Shown here piece by piece: positions 11,319 through 23,040 of a DNA stretch of 32,740 nucleotides. The DNA is from Tubiluchus corallicola (lineage: Eukaryota > Animalia > Priapulida), in NCBI GenBank assembly GCA_030141605.1, contig JAQGDQ010001605.1, forward strand, positions 1 to 32,740, given 5' to 3'. How positions within the stretch are numbered: position 1 is the stretch's first letter; each line of letters opens with the position of its first letter. The notes under the pieces were generated by a model. It ran no database searches. It saw only the letters and a program-made list of their open reading frames with translations, and had not been told where the DNA came from. A program made the translations under genes and the position numbers.

Positions 11319-12003
11319 AATGCATCGTAAATCCGCTACAACAGGAATTCTGTAAGCGAAATTTAACACTAACTCCGTTGGTTGCTGATCCAGAAACGAA
11401 ACGGAAGCATTTTGATTATTTAAGTAAAAATTAAGCTATTATTATACTATCACTGCAGTTGCGTAATTGTAAAATGCAACTAATAAACGTTTGTCGTAAC
11501 TTAATTGTCGATTAATAAGAGATTTTCACAAAAATCTGCACTGAGGCATCGTGGTTCTCTGCTTAATTGCTGCTTATGATATGTTCGAGATGATAATTTG
11601 CTTATAATAATATGCCTACAGTGGGGGCGGTTTAGATGAAGCGAATAATAAAGTAAGAATAGATATATATTAATACTTTATTGTAATAAAATATACACAA
11701 ATTATACAGTAATAAAAATCACAATACACATAAATAATTGCGTATGTTTAGTCTTTGGGCTGATGTTTACAATAGTGTCAGATTGTTAGTAAATACATGC
11801 TTAAAACATTGATGTCACATGCAATAGGATTTCCGTCTCCGTCCAATGAAATTTACACAAGCCCTTCTTTTTGCAGTATTGTAAACAACATCAAAACTTT
11901 AATAAACAATTTTGTGGAAATTGCGTTATATATTATACTATCACGCGATGTTTTATACGTACGCATTATTACCTATTATGCTAATCCGAGCAAAACAGGT
12001 TAA

Positions 12004-12306
12004 CCCTTTCATACCCGTTGTATCCCGTGGAATACGAGAATATTTTCTGCCTTTAAAATAAATAAAATTTTAAAACTGAAAGTTATTTGATCTGTTAATA
12101 GTTATTTTGATTTAAGCCAATAACAATAGACTAAAAATTGTGATAAAATGGCAAACTAGAAAATCTACATCAGCATAGCATGCATACTAAATGTCTTAAA
12201 TACTTTGAAAAATTATCAGCAGTCGCAAAATGAACCACATTTTTTGCTTTTGTTGTGTTTTTAAAAAAGCTTTTCTTATTAAAAAAATAATTTGGGACTG
12301 AAAGGG
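12004..12306. mobile_element. piggyBac-type MITE (303 bp)
   Basis: TTAA at 12000-12003 and 12307-12310. Termini CCCTTTCAtaCCC ... GGGacTGAAAGGG are imperfect inverted repeats starting CCC. No ORF. Confidence 0.8.
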
Positions 12307-12539
12307 TTAACAACGGAAAATTTCTTCAGCAAAATAACCTTCATTGCAGTAAAGGTTTCAAAACGCTGCGAAATGCCGTATTAAGAAGAAAGGATTTGCA
12401 AAGATATCAAATTTTTATTTGACTTGAATTGTGCAACATTCACAGCGTTCTTGGTTACTGCGATGTTATAATGCAGGTTTCAGCAGGTCGCATGATAAAC
12501 TGAAATTTTAACAGTAAATGACTCACCAGCTCTGGTTTC

Positions 12540-12670
12540 TGTTGTGTTTGTTTCTCTTGGAAGGCTCGTAGAGAAAACCAGAAAACACGTCGTCAAATTG
12601 AACTAGTTTATTATGGGAGAATTCTACAACACAAAAGTATGAAGGAACGCGAAATTTTAACAGTAAATGA
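12540..12670 (-). mobile_element. Truncated LTR fragment (3' end) of the same family as 13685-14029 and 30490-30828
   Basis: TGTTGTGTTTGTTTCTCTTGGAAGGCTCGTAGAGAAAA...GAAGGAACGCGAAAT..ACAGTAAATG aligns to 13685-13816; reads ...ACAACA at its end on the minus strand. Confidence 0.8.
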
Positions 12671-13684
12671 CTCACCAGCTCTGATTTCAATTTACTTTTA
12701 ATATATGTATCATTTATGTAAATAGCGTTTTCTTTGTCTTCAATCTTTCTTTAACTCATAAATTCTGTTTTTACCTATGTAAACAATTTCGTTTTATATT
12801 TTTTTCTATGTGTATGTATTTTATAGCTTCGGATATCGTTTGTCTATGAGCCGAAAACAAAGAATAAATAACAAGATAAATAAACAAATAAACGTATGAT
12901 AAAAACAGCATATAAACTCGTTATTATCACTCTCTTTTACTCAATATTTTATTTAGTATTATGTAAAAGTTCAATAAAAACCAATTTGCCAATTGATCAG
13001 CCAAAAATCTGTTGTTTAATTAATAACTTGGTTCGAAAAGGTTACAGGGGTGTGAGGATTTTTCCTGAATTTCAAGCACCAGGTGGCAGTAGTATAAGGC
13101 AGGTAAAAGGTGTGAGCGTAGCACTGACGTGGCAAAGCTTAATGTGTGAATTGAGGCGCTAATTTTTGTTATTGTGTTTGCCAAATATTTGTATTTTTTC
13201 TTGTCTTAGTGCTGCATGTGTTTCATCTTTGAGCCAACTGTATGCTGCTATGATGTAAGTAATTACGAAAATTACACCACTCCTTTTTTGTACTTCTAAA
13301 TTTGCATTCACACGTCAGAAAACGTGCTATAATACTTTTGGTTACATTTTTACTATTTAATTAGCTATGTATTTTGCATTTGAGTATTTTTTGCTACACA
13401 ATACTTTGTTTCGACTTATTAGGCTCAAACTTTATGTATGTTTTTCTTAATTTGCAGATTAAACGATAATACTACAAAAAAAGGTAGTTATAAGGGGTTT
13501 TGTACACACACTATTTCGATACAACATTTTCGACATAGGTTATTTGGACACAGATAATTTTGGACACAATGTCGAAACTTCTGCACATCATTTGAAAAAT
13601 TTTAACCTGGAGTGAATTTGACAGTTTTGTTTATTTCAGTCTGCAAGACATAGACTAAAAATTATTGCTGTAATAATTATTATG

Positions 13685-14029
13685 CGTTGTGTTTTGTTTC
13701 TCTCGGAAGGCTCGTAGAGAAAAGCAGAAAACACGTCGTCAAATTAAACCAGTTTATTATGCGAGAATTCTACAACACAAAAGTATGAAGGAACGCGAAA
13801 TGTTTACAGTAAATGTGATAATCTGGAAACGTGAAAGCGTGAAAGCGTATCTGAGAATACGAGGATACAAGAGAATAAACTCCAGCGGCCAGCTCCACCT
13901 TATATATCAGTGCAAATCAACCATCAAAAAGCACTACGCGCATCGCGTATAGAAAGTTCTCGAATCTTCAACAAGGTAAGAAGATTGTTCTACTATACTA
14001 TGGAATATTCCAGAATAAACTCCACAAGA
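13685..14029 (-). mobile_element. Solo LTR (about 345 bp) of an LTR retrotransposon, 5-bp TSD
   Basis: TTATG at 13680-13684 and 14030-14034. Minus-strand termini TCTTGTGGAG...CACAACG (mutated TGTTGTG...CACAACA). HSE, TATATAA and AATAAA occur in LTR order on the minus strand. Homologous to 30490-30828. Confidence 0.85.
13951..14016. promoter_or_regulatory. Heat-shock elements inside the solo LTR
   Basis: aGAAa gTTCt cGAAt cTTCa (13951-13970, four perfect inverted nGAAn units) and gGAAt aTTCc aGAAt (14002-14016, three units). Confidence 0.65.
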
Positions 14030-14429
14030 TTATGCAAGCACATACGCTGAAAGAACAGGCAAGCGGGGTTAAATGCTATAACAAAATAATGCGCCTTTCT
14101 GTAAAAGCAGAAAAATTTGCGTAGAAGAAAATTTAAGAAAAGTCAACGGAGCAGCAAATGTTCTGGAATTAGTTTTATTTTTTATTTCACCTTATTAGGA
14201 ACGTGTATATATGCACTGTTTTATAGTTTTATCAGACTAGCAGACGATATTAGCTCTATATTGTTGAAATGATAAATACGATTAAATTTACATAAGTTTA
14301 AACTGGATAAATATCACAATGTTGACACGAAAAATACGTTAAGATAAAAAAATCAATAAAAATATATAAGAAATCAAAACTGGAAGAAATCGCTGAACTA
14401 CGGTAAGAATATTTTCTAAATATCTGTCT

Positions 14430-14570
14430 TCATATCACAATACGCTCGTTACGTCTATTGTAGACACTGGGCAGGTAGATTGTAAAATAGAAATTCGCCC
14501 TCAAACACAGCAGTATTATTCAGCAAAAAACTAGACATTGCTATGTCAGTGGCTTGTCAGTACCACTTTT
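14430..14570 (+). repeat. Dispersed repeat copy (related to 22880-23040)
   Basis: Shares TATTGTAGACA(C/T)TGGGCAG and AAACTAGACA(T/C)TGCTATG.CA.TGGCTTGTCAGTACCACTT with 22880-23040. Confidence 0.65.
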
Positions 14571-15890
14571 GTTCCATAAATATCCATTAAATTTTGAGTA
14601 TTTTGATATAGGCACGTTAGGCTAGTTTTTACTAAAAACTGATAAATTTGCATTAGACAGATGATTTTTTAAATATTGCATAGAACTAGGCAGATATCAA
14701 GACATTACGGCGCCCTAGACTGATAGTTCAATACCGCCTGACCCTATTATGGATTTATGGTTGTTTATATATGATTTATGAAGCTCACTACCCAATTGCT
14801 TGTAGTGTAATTAAATAATTGTGTAATACTTATATCTAAACATATATCTAATACCTTTGCAGAACAGCTTGTGGTGCGCTACAAAATACTAGATTTATAT
14901 GAACATGAAGGGATACGCATTTTCCAAAAATAAGAATTTTTTGATACAGGACTCTCTCAAAACCTGTACTTCTGAATATTTGGCGCCCTAGGTTACAGCC
15001 TTGTTACCCTGTTACGCCCCCTACACAGAACGCACAGTCTTCAGGTGATTAAATAAGAGGATGAATAATTAAATAATCTAATTGTTTGATTATGTCAACT
15101 TTATCTGCAATATGAATTTTAAAAACTTAACAACTCTCAAAAAATAGGTAGTCTAGTTACTGTTACGCCCCATACCCATCCCCCCCCCCCACGGCGCCGC
15201 TCACCAGGTATGCTGCTAATTCAGCTAACCAAGATTCTCTATCATTTTCAATTTTGTTCGGTTTATAATCTAATATCATAGACGGCGCATATTTTAAAAT
15301 GTCAACCATAAAATTGCGTTCCGAGAATTTCTCTAAATTCGTCTATAGAAATCATCTCATGTGAGACTCATGCTTTGTTATTCGCAAATGTCAGACGTAT
15401 CCAGTTACGCGTGCAAGAATAAATTCACTAATTTGCACTCCTGGGTTATTTTATACGTAACGGGCTCTACACCTGCTTGCCAAAGTAATCGATTTGCCAA
15501 ATACAAGTACTGAAATACGAATGCAAAGCATGTATGCATTCCGAAAGATATGTATGTGAATGTATGGACTCAGGAACACAGGTAGAGAGGATGTGTAGCC
15601 TGTGTGCTCTCTGGAAACTCTCTGGAATACAATTATTATGGAACATTAATAAGGTGCAATGTACAATCTGGAATACAAGTATAAACAATGTGTATCTATC
15701 TGACTTCCCCTAATCTGTTCTCTGGAAAATATGCATTAACACTACCTACATATGCTCTACATTCTGTACATCCTTACTACTTAAACGTCACTTGCATCTG
15801 CGCTTTAGGACCTACCTATTTCAGAAATTAGGTTCGACACAAATATACAAGTTTATGTGGTACATATACCACACTAGATTTAGATTACTC

Positions 15891-16240
15891 TGTTGGTTGG
15901 CATCCTTCTGTCTCGGAAGACAATGGAGTGTGCGCCAAGAGAGTCAGTTATTGATCACATTGATGGAGCTGCAGCGTCGACTGTGGCTGAGCAGCGCGAT
16001 CCTTGAACGTCTCCAGGGAAGATGTATGGAATCCTGAGTTGCCAGACAACAGGAACCTCCTTTCTTCCGCGCTGGTGTAGTCCAAAGGAAAGCGGAGAGA
16101 TACGTTTGGCACTAGGTTGGCTGCAGGAGCTGCCGGAGTCAGTGAGCATGCTGCACTGGTCCGCCTTCGGGTCTCCACTCCTGATTTGGAAGGTTTACTC
16201 CTCTACTTGGGTCACTTGACCTCCTCCGCCCTCTAGCCGA
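15891..16240 (-). mobile_element. Non-autonomous bipartite RTE-derived retroelement (5'UTR-like part fused to the 3' end)
   Basis: Minus strand ends with the RTE ORF terminus SRIALLSHSRRCSS...HSIVFRDRRMPT and a CCAA-type tail. Upstream of about 16010 it switches to GC-rich sequence (GGAGTAAACC..GGAGTGGAG..AAGGCGG..CCGGCAGCTCCTGCAGCCAA..GTGCCAAACGTA) that I recall as RTE 5'UTR-like. No RT between them. Confidence 0.65.
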
Positions 16241-16364
16241 ACAAAGTCATAACACTGTTCACATCTACTTCGTAATTAATGTATGTCGAATTATAATAAT
16301 GGTTGAATTATAATAATGGTTGAATTACAATAATGAAACTCAAAAAGTTCTGCAGTCGAGTGTT

Positions 16365-16959
16365 TACGAGATGTAAATACCTTGGTAGTGTATCAAACAC
16401 CGAGAAAAATAGAAAAAATCTTTTTTACTCTCTGCTTATTCAGATCTCACAACGATTTTTGAAAACGATCGTCTTTCTCTTGAAACCAAAGTCCGGATCC
16501 CTTCTACTTTAGTTGAACCTGTGTTTTTGCACAATGCTGAGCTATAGACAAAAAAGTTAAGCAGCAGAAGAAAATTGACGCTTTTCAAAGAAGTCTCAAT
16601 AAGAAAGTACTCAAAACAAAATGGCGTAACAGAGTCTTATGGTTATCTGATAATGCGATAAAGAAGAATCCTTGGAGTAAACAAATCCAAGTAAGAAGAT
16701 AGGGCATCCATTAAGATTACCTCAAGAGTCTCCTCTTCCTATAGCATTATGTAAAACTCTTGAAACGACAAAGAAGCCGAGAGGGGGCAGCTACTGACAT
16801 ATATAGATTTACTGCAAAGAGATTTAGCAAATGCAGCTCTTGATTTGACGGATGATACATCGTGGGCGGAGGCAGTGGATGAGAGTGCGTGGCATCAACA
16901 GGTAGGACGTGCCATGTTTTTAGAACGTGGCAGCACCTAGACGACGACGACGACGACGA
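16365..16959 (+). mobile_element. 5'-truncated, decayed RTE-clade LINE (RT C-terminus to tail)
   Basis: Across frameshifts: CKYLGS, LETKVRI..TLVEPVFLHNAEL*T, KKIDAFQRSL.KKVLKTKWRNRV, GHPLRLP, KKPRGGQLLTYIDLLQRDL..W..AVDESAW; stop at 16938-16940 followed by a (GAC)n tail. Confidence 0.8.
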
Positions 16960-17920
16960 TTTAAAGTTCAGCGGAGAGTGGTTGTGTTGCCGTCGGCATG
17001 TGAATGCAGCCTAAGGTGCAGGTATGGTAAATATAATCCTTAATTTTATAACTCATATTTCTGACGCAGATCCAATGATTAGCGAAATCACTCGGTTGAA
17101 TTTGCCTGGTCTGTGCAGTTCATTCAGCCTGTTTCCTAGCTTGACAATAACAGCTTAAGCAGCATTTACTCACAAGAACTGATACTGGACTTAACCCATT
17201 CTCAGCTATTCGCCAAACTGTCGCCACTGCTGCAGGAAGCGGATAAATGTGAATGCACCTTTAATGACTGCCTTGCAGACGAAACAAATAACCAATGTAA
17301 AAGACATTCAGCATGAGAAGAGATTTATGGTTATGGAGACTTATAAGCACAAGAGGAGAAACCTTAGTCGATTATCGATTGTTCTTTATTACAAATCAAA
17401 TACGCGGAGAGCAAATGTAGAAGTAAGCTAGTGCAAACGAAAACATGAAAAGTTCATTATCCCAAAGATACAAGGAGAAAACAAGAACAAAAAGTATGAT
17501 TTAGACCAAAGTAGCAACGAAAATCACATGAATGTTCAGTAACTGTGAGACATTCCTTCAGTGAGAAATTATTTGAATTTGTTCACAACAGTACAACGCA
17601 TGCGCAGTTCACGATCTCACATTCGAAAAACTTAATTATGTTTGGTGTAGTTGAACGCGATTGATTAAAGTAAAAAGTTGGCCTATACATTTGAATGCAT
17701 CACATCGTGAAGATGAAGGAGTCAGTAATCTAATGAGCCGTGTCAATGGATTATTGTTTATTATTGTTTATTATTGTGTATCAGACAAAAACGCCATTAC
17801 AATTACATAATCAGACATATTACATACAATTACACAAACAGAAAATAAAATTACTACAATTACTTATCAAGTGAGCAATCAATTAGTGAACAAATGATGT
17901 AACTGCTTGCAGTTGATATA

Positions 17921-18308
17921 TAGCGCCACCTAACCGTAGGTAAGCCTACAAGCCACACCCACTAGACCGCTAATGTACCGCCACCTAACGGTAGGTAAGC
18001 CTACAAGTCACACCCTCTAGTCCACTAATGTAGCGCCACCTAACCATAGGTAAGCTTACAAGCCACACCCACTAGTCCACTAATGTAGCGCCACCTAACC
18101 GTAGGTAAGCCTACAAGTCACACCCTCTAGTCCACTAATGTAGCGCCACCTAACCGTAGGTAAGCTTACAAACCACACCCTCTAGTCCACTAATGTAGCG
18201 CCACCTAACCGTAGGTAAGCCTACAAGTCACACCCTCTAGTCCACTAATGTAGCGCCACCTAACCGTAGGTAAGCTTACAAGCCACACCCACTAGTCCAC
18301 TAATGTAC
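17921..18308. repeat. Minisatellite, 55-bp unit x7
   Basis: TAGCGCCACCTAACCGTAGGTAAGC(C/T)TACAAG(T/C)CACACCC(T/A)CTAGTCCACTAATG at 17921, 17976, 18031, 18086, 18141, 18196, 18251. Confidence 0.97.
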
Positions 18309-18410
18309 TGGTACAAGAGTTAAATTCAATTAGATTTGGGTATTTTTATCGAGTGACTATGTCTATCTAACCAAACATTGCAAAAATGTATACGTAAAAT
18401 AAGCTACTAC

Positions 18411-19181
18411 ATTACCTACTTCTTTACCTCCATTACGTTACTTCTTTACGTCCATTACGTTACTTCTTTACCTCCATGACCTTACTTCTTTACCTCCATG
18501 ACGTTACTTCTTTACCTCCATTACGTTACTTCTTTACCTCCATCACGTTACTTCTTTACCTCCATTACCTACTTCTTTACCTCCATTACTTTATTTCTTT
18601 ACCTCCATTATGTTACTTCTTTACCTCCATTACCTACTGCTTTACCTCAATTACGTTACTTCTTTACCTCCATTATGTTACTTCTTTAAGCCCTTTACGT
18701 TACTTCTTTACATCCATTACGTTACTTCTTTACGCCCTTTGCGTTACTTCTTTACCTCCATTACGTTACTTCTTTACGTCCATTACGTTACTTCTTTACC
18801 TCCATTACGTTACTTCTTGACCTCCATTACGTTACTTCTTTACGCCCTTTACGTTACTTCTTTACCTCCATTACATTACTTCTTTACCTCTATTACGTTA
18901 CTTCTTTACATCCATTAAGTTACTTCTTTACCTCCATTACGTTACTTCTTTACCGCCATTACGTTACTTCTTTACCTCCATTACCTACTTCTTTACCTCC
19001 ATTACCTACTTCTTTACCTCCATTACCTACTTCTTTAGGTCCATTACGTTACTTCTTAACTTCCATTACGTTACTTCTTTACCTCCATTACGTTACTTCT
19101 TTACCTCCATTACGTTACTTCTTTACCTCCATTACGTTACTTCTTTACCTCCATTACGTTACTTCTTTACCCCCATTACCT
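18411..19181. repeat. Minisatellite, 22-bp unit (21-bp variants), about 35 copies
   Basis: Unit CCTCCATTACGTTACTTCTTTA; variant CCTCCATTACCTACTTCTTTA. Confidence 0.97.
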
Positions 19182-19941
19182 AAGCAGAGTTGTTACAAAA
19201 TTTTCATAATCGAAGGCGCTTTGTGGGCCAAGTTACGAATAGCATCCTCAGAGTCAATTGTCAAAACAACTAAGGTTTCTCATGGTCCCCGGTGCAGTGC
19301 ATTAGCAGTAAATGCTCTCTCAGGAGATGCGTGCGCACTTCATCAACAAAGTCAAGCAGAAAAGACCGAGGTTTGCAAAAATAACTTTTAATAACAATTA
19401 CGGGTACTATTGCAAGCTTTAGTGAAAACAGCAGCCATTTATAGCTCAAAAGTTTTGCTCATCCATTGAACTGTTCGTTTAATGAAAAACAGAAAACAAA
19501 GCGCAGATAATGTTTCTCACTTTGGGCTATTTTTACTCCTGAGGAGAGCAGTGAGGATTGTGTATATTCTAGAGCACAGACTTATGTGTTTTAATTAAAA
19601 AGAAACATTTCTAATCTATAGAGAGTGTACATATAACCATTAATCTATGATCAACAATATATTGCCCCAATTGAAACACCCTTTCATAAGCATGCATATA
19701 TCTTTCCTTTTAACACCAGATTTTCCTTTTAAACATCTTCACCTAAATTAAAGAAATGTGGGTCTATTTTTCTTGCATGATTTTCAAGTTTACAAGACTC
19801 TTAGACTCTTTCTACACGTATACATAAAATCTATAGCAGTGTACATTCTCCTTTATGTCTTCTCTAACGTGTAAATCCTCTTAACTTACGTTTACAAATC
19901 TAACATGTATCTTTCCAATCTGCGTTCCACAGTGAAGACGT

Positions 19942-20066
19942 TCTCTCTCTCTCTCTCGCTCCCTTTCTCTTTTCTCTCTCTCTCTCTCTCTCTTTCTCCC
20001 TCTCGCTCCTTTTCTCTTTCTCTCTCTCCCCTCTCTTCCCTTGTCTTTCTCTCTTTTTCTCTTTAG

Positions 20067-20128
<62 letters not shown>

Positions 20129-20344
20129 TTTCCTTTCTCTCTTGCTCTTTCTCTCCCTCTTTCTCTCTCTCTCTCTCCCTCTCTCTCTCTCTCTCTCGCT
20201 CTCTCTCTCTCTTCTTTTCCTTTCTCTCTTGCTCTTTCTCTCCCTCTTTCTCTCTCTCTCTCTCCCTCTCTCTCTCTCTCTGTCTCTCTTTCTCTCTCTT
20301 GCTCTTTCTTTCTCTCTGTCTGTCTGTCTGTCTCTGTCTCTCTC

Positions 20345-20415
<71 letters not shown>

Positions 20416-20430
20416 TGCTTTTTCTTTCCC
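19942..20430. repeat. (CT)n microsatellite complex with an internal 87-bp duplication
   Basis: CTTCTTTTCCTTTCTCTCTTGCTCTTTCTCTCCCTC at about 20124 and 20211. Confidence 0.95.
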
Positions 20431-21964
20431 TACTACCTCTTGACTCATTACCCCCACACATCTTCTCTATCACAGATAAATCACATGTCCCAGCTTTGAA
20501 GTTTGTTCCTGTTGCAGCCCATAGCGCGCATATCTTTACCAATCTGCATTCTACAAACGTATATAATGCACATATCCTTACTATTTGAGATCCATGGTAC
20601 ATTTAATCTCTCGCGCTGGAGTTCTCGCATCCCTCCTACTTTTAATTAACCGTGCGCTACTGAAGAAAGGGATATTTGATCTGAGGCGAATGTAGTTAAT
20701 AGCGAACAGAGAGAATTGCAAACCGTGTGGATGTATAAACAGAAAGCTGAAAATTAGATCAACTGGGTAGGAATAAGCATGAGAGTAATCAGTGCTGCTC
20801 ACGTTCGGGAAACGCTTGATAAAATTGATTCTCTTTCCCAGTCTATTGAGACGGCTTCAAAGGAAAATGGAACAAACCTGATTGTAACAAGTACAGTAGG
20901 TCTTAAAAATGAGCATGTATATTAAAGGAAACCCCTACGATTTATTAGACTTAGTCTTATATTAATTTACTGTCCAAAATATGCATTTTCTTGCCTATAC
21001 ACATTAGCCATTGTTTCTAATATTTGAATAAAAACCTTGGAAAGTTAATTAACGGCAACCGGACACGACGAACAGCCGTCACAAACTAACAACAGTTTGC
21101 GCAATGGTAAGCACCTTCCCTACGCGTCAAGCACGTTTGGGTAAGCGAGTATTGCTATAGGACGCTGATGTGATGTCACGAAAATGGACTTTACGCCCCC
21201 ACCGAACACCGAAGTTCATGATCATGCTTATCACGGTGCCGCGCCTATTTGTCGGCCAAGTGAATGTGACAAAAAGACGCCATTGCCAATCTTAATGGAT
21301 TCGCTGAGCCGCTCGAGGCTTTGAAAGGTTAACATAATTTAATTATCTGAGGTAATTATTATTTAATCTAAGCTTTGATTTAAAAAAACTGTTGTAGTTT
21401 TCAATATTTTAGACCATACTTCATTTTGAACTAATTTTTACACAATCATCCAGTTTTGCTTTGACTTTAATGACGAGTCAATTTGAGTTTACACACATTT
21501 ATTACAAAAATGAAACTAGAGGCATCTGATTCACTAAGAAAAAAGGTACTTTTTACTATTGACCATGTATCAAAAAATAATGTATACCCTTTATTTTTAT
21601 ATTTATTTTTATATTTGTACTATATTTATAAAGTAACCGAAGTTTGCGTCAAGCAGCACCGCAATCACCCAATATCTTAACATAAACATAGCGCTAATTA
21701 GCATTTCTGTGAATATATGAACAAAACCCCTTTGTCCACCATATTTGGCGAAATTTTAACTACCTTCAATCAATGAAACCACTAGATCTTGAAACATCAC
21801 AAACGTGAGCGACCGCTTAGTCCATTAGAACGAATCAGGTGTTAACCAACTGTTGTTGCCACTTGCTGTCACTTGATGCCACTTGCTGTCACATATTCAT
21901 TTCAGATGCTGCCACTTCAACATGAGTAGAACACTTCGAGTAAAGGGTTGAAAACTAGCTGATT

Positions 21965-22305
21965 CAGGGCCTATTTCAGCCTAAGCTAGGCCCGGGGAAG
22001 TGGGGCGTGTGAGGTCCCTCGGGGGGGGGGGGATTTTTGAACTGCTAGAACGCCGGAGAAGCATTTTCGAAGAGAAAATATGGAGTTATACAGTTGTTAA
22101 AGGAAAGAACAATTGAAAGAAAAACTGCTTTATTCTCAAGACCAGTCAATACTGGCAAACGGCGCACGTGCGGCAAGAGAGAGAGGGAGAGAGAAGGCAG
22201 CATGTTCGCATAAAGCAAAAAAATGTTACCTTGGCGCGAGGCCCCCCTGGAGGGTGAGGCCCCGGGGAAGTATCCCCACTTCCCCCCCCCATGAAATAGG
22301 CCCTG
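21965..22305. mobile_element. hAT-superfamily MITE (341 bp)
   Basis: Perfect 14-bp TIR CAGGGCCTATTTCA (21965-21978) / TGAAATAGGCCCTG (22292-22305). Perfect 8-bp TSD AGCTGATT (21957-21964, 22306-22313). Subterminal AGGCCCGGGGAAGT occurs twice. Confidence 0.93.
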
Positions 22306-22879
22306 AGCTGATTTGAAAGTTTCAGGTGGATAAAAACATTGTTTTAGCTGATCCTCTTTTTTATTATTTATTAGGCACAAAAATCAATACGTGTATATAT
22401 ATTTTATACACGAGTAAAGGTAAACAGTAGAATTAAATTGGTTAATGATCAATAGAATCAATTAATGATCAATGTGTGTCATGAATGACAGCAAGGAACT
22501 AAGTCCTCAAGCAGATCACTGCCTGCCATCCATCCAGTAGTAGAAACATAGAATTAAAATAAAAATTACAAATACAAATTACATGAAATAAGACAACTTA
22601 CGTAAGATACAAACATTATAAAATTATATTTTGTTTTGATAAGCTTCGTGTGCATAATGGATTACAATTTTTCCAAAAAAGAAATCTTTTTGGAGTTAGT
22701 TTGTAAACAAACACAACCGACTGGGTTCCAATTAGACCCCAATTTAAAACTGGGTCTTATTGTTGCTGTTCAGTGTTCATTTGGATGTGTTTCTTTTACA
22801 GAATTGATCCAAATTCCAGATTATCTATTCGATGTCGTAGAAAAAACGTCTATTGATTTCAAATCCAGAACAAACTGAA

Positions 22880-23040
22880 TGAATATCACCCGCGTCATAT
22901 GCCCATTACACTTATTGTAGACATTGGGCAGACAGAACTCTAACATGACAGAATTGTTATAAATCTGCCCAAATATTATCTGGCAGTTAATCTGGCAGAA
23001 ACTAGACACTGCTATGCCAATGGCTTGTCAGTACCACTTC
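22880..23040 (+). repeat. Dispersed repeat copy (related to 14430-14570)
   Basis: Same shared blocks as 14430-14570. Confidence 0.65.

Noticed and set aside
13689-13952. Paralogous small proteins MFCFS.. (with 30465-30824)
   Set aside because: Antisense frames of the solo LTRs, non-ATG starts, broken by indels.
21300-21332. piggyBac-like right end GAAAGGTTAA
   Set aside because: No partner terminus found.
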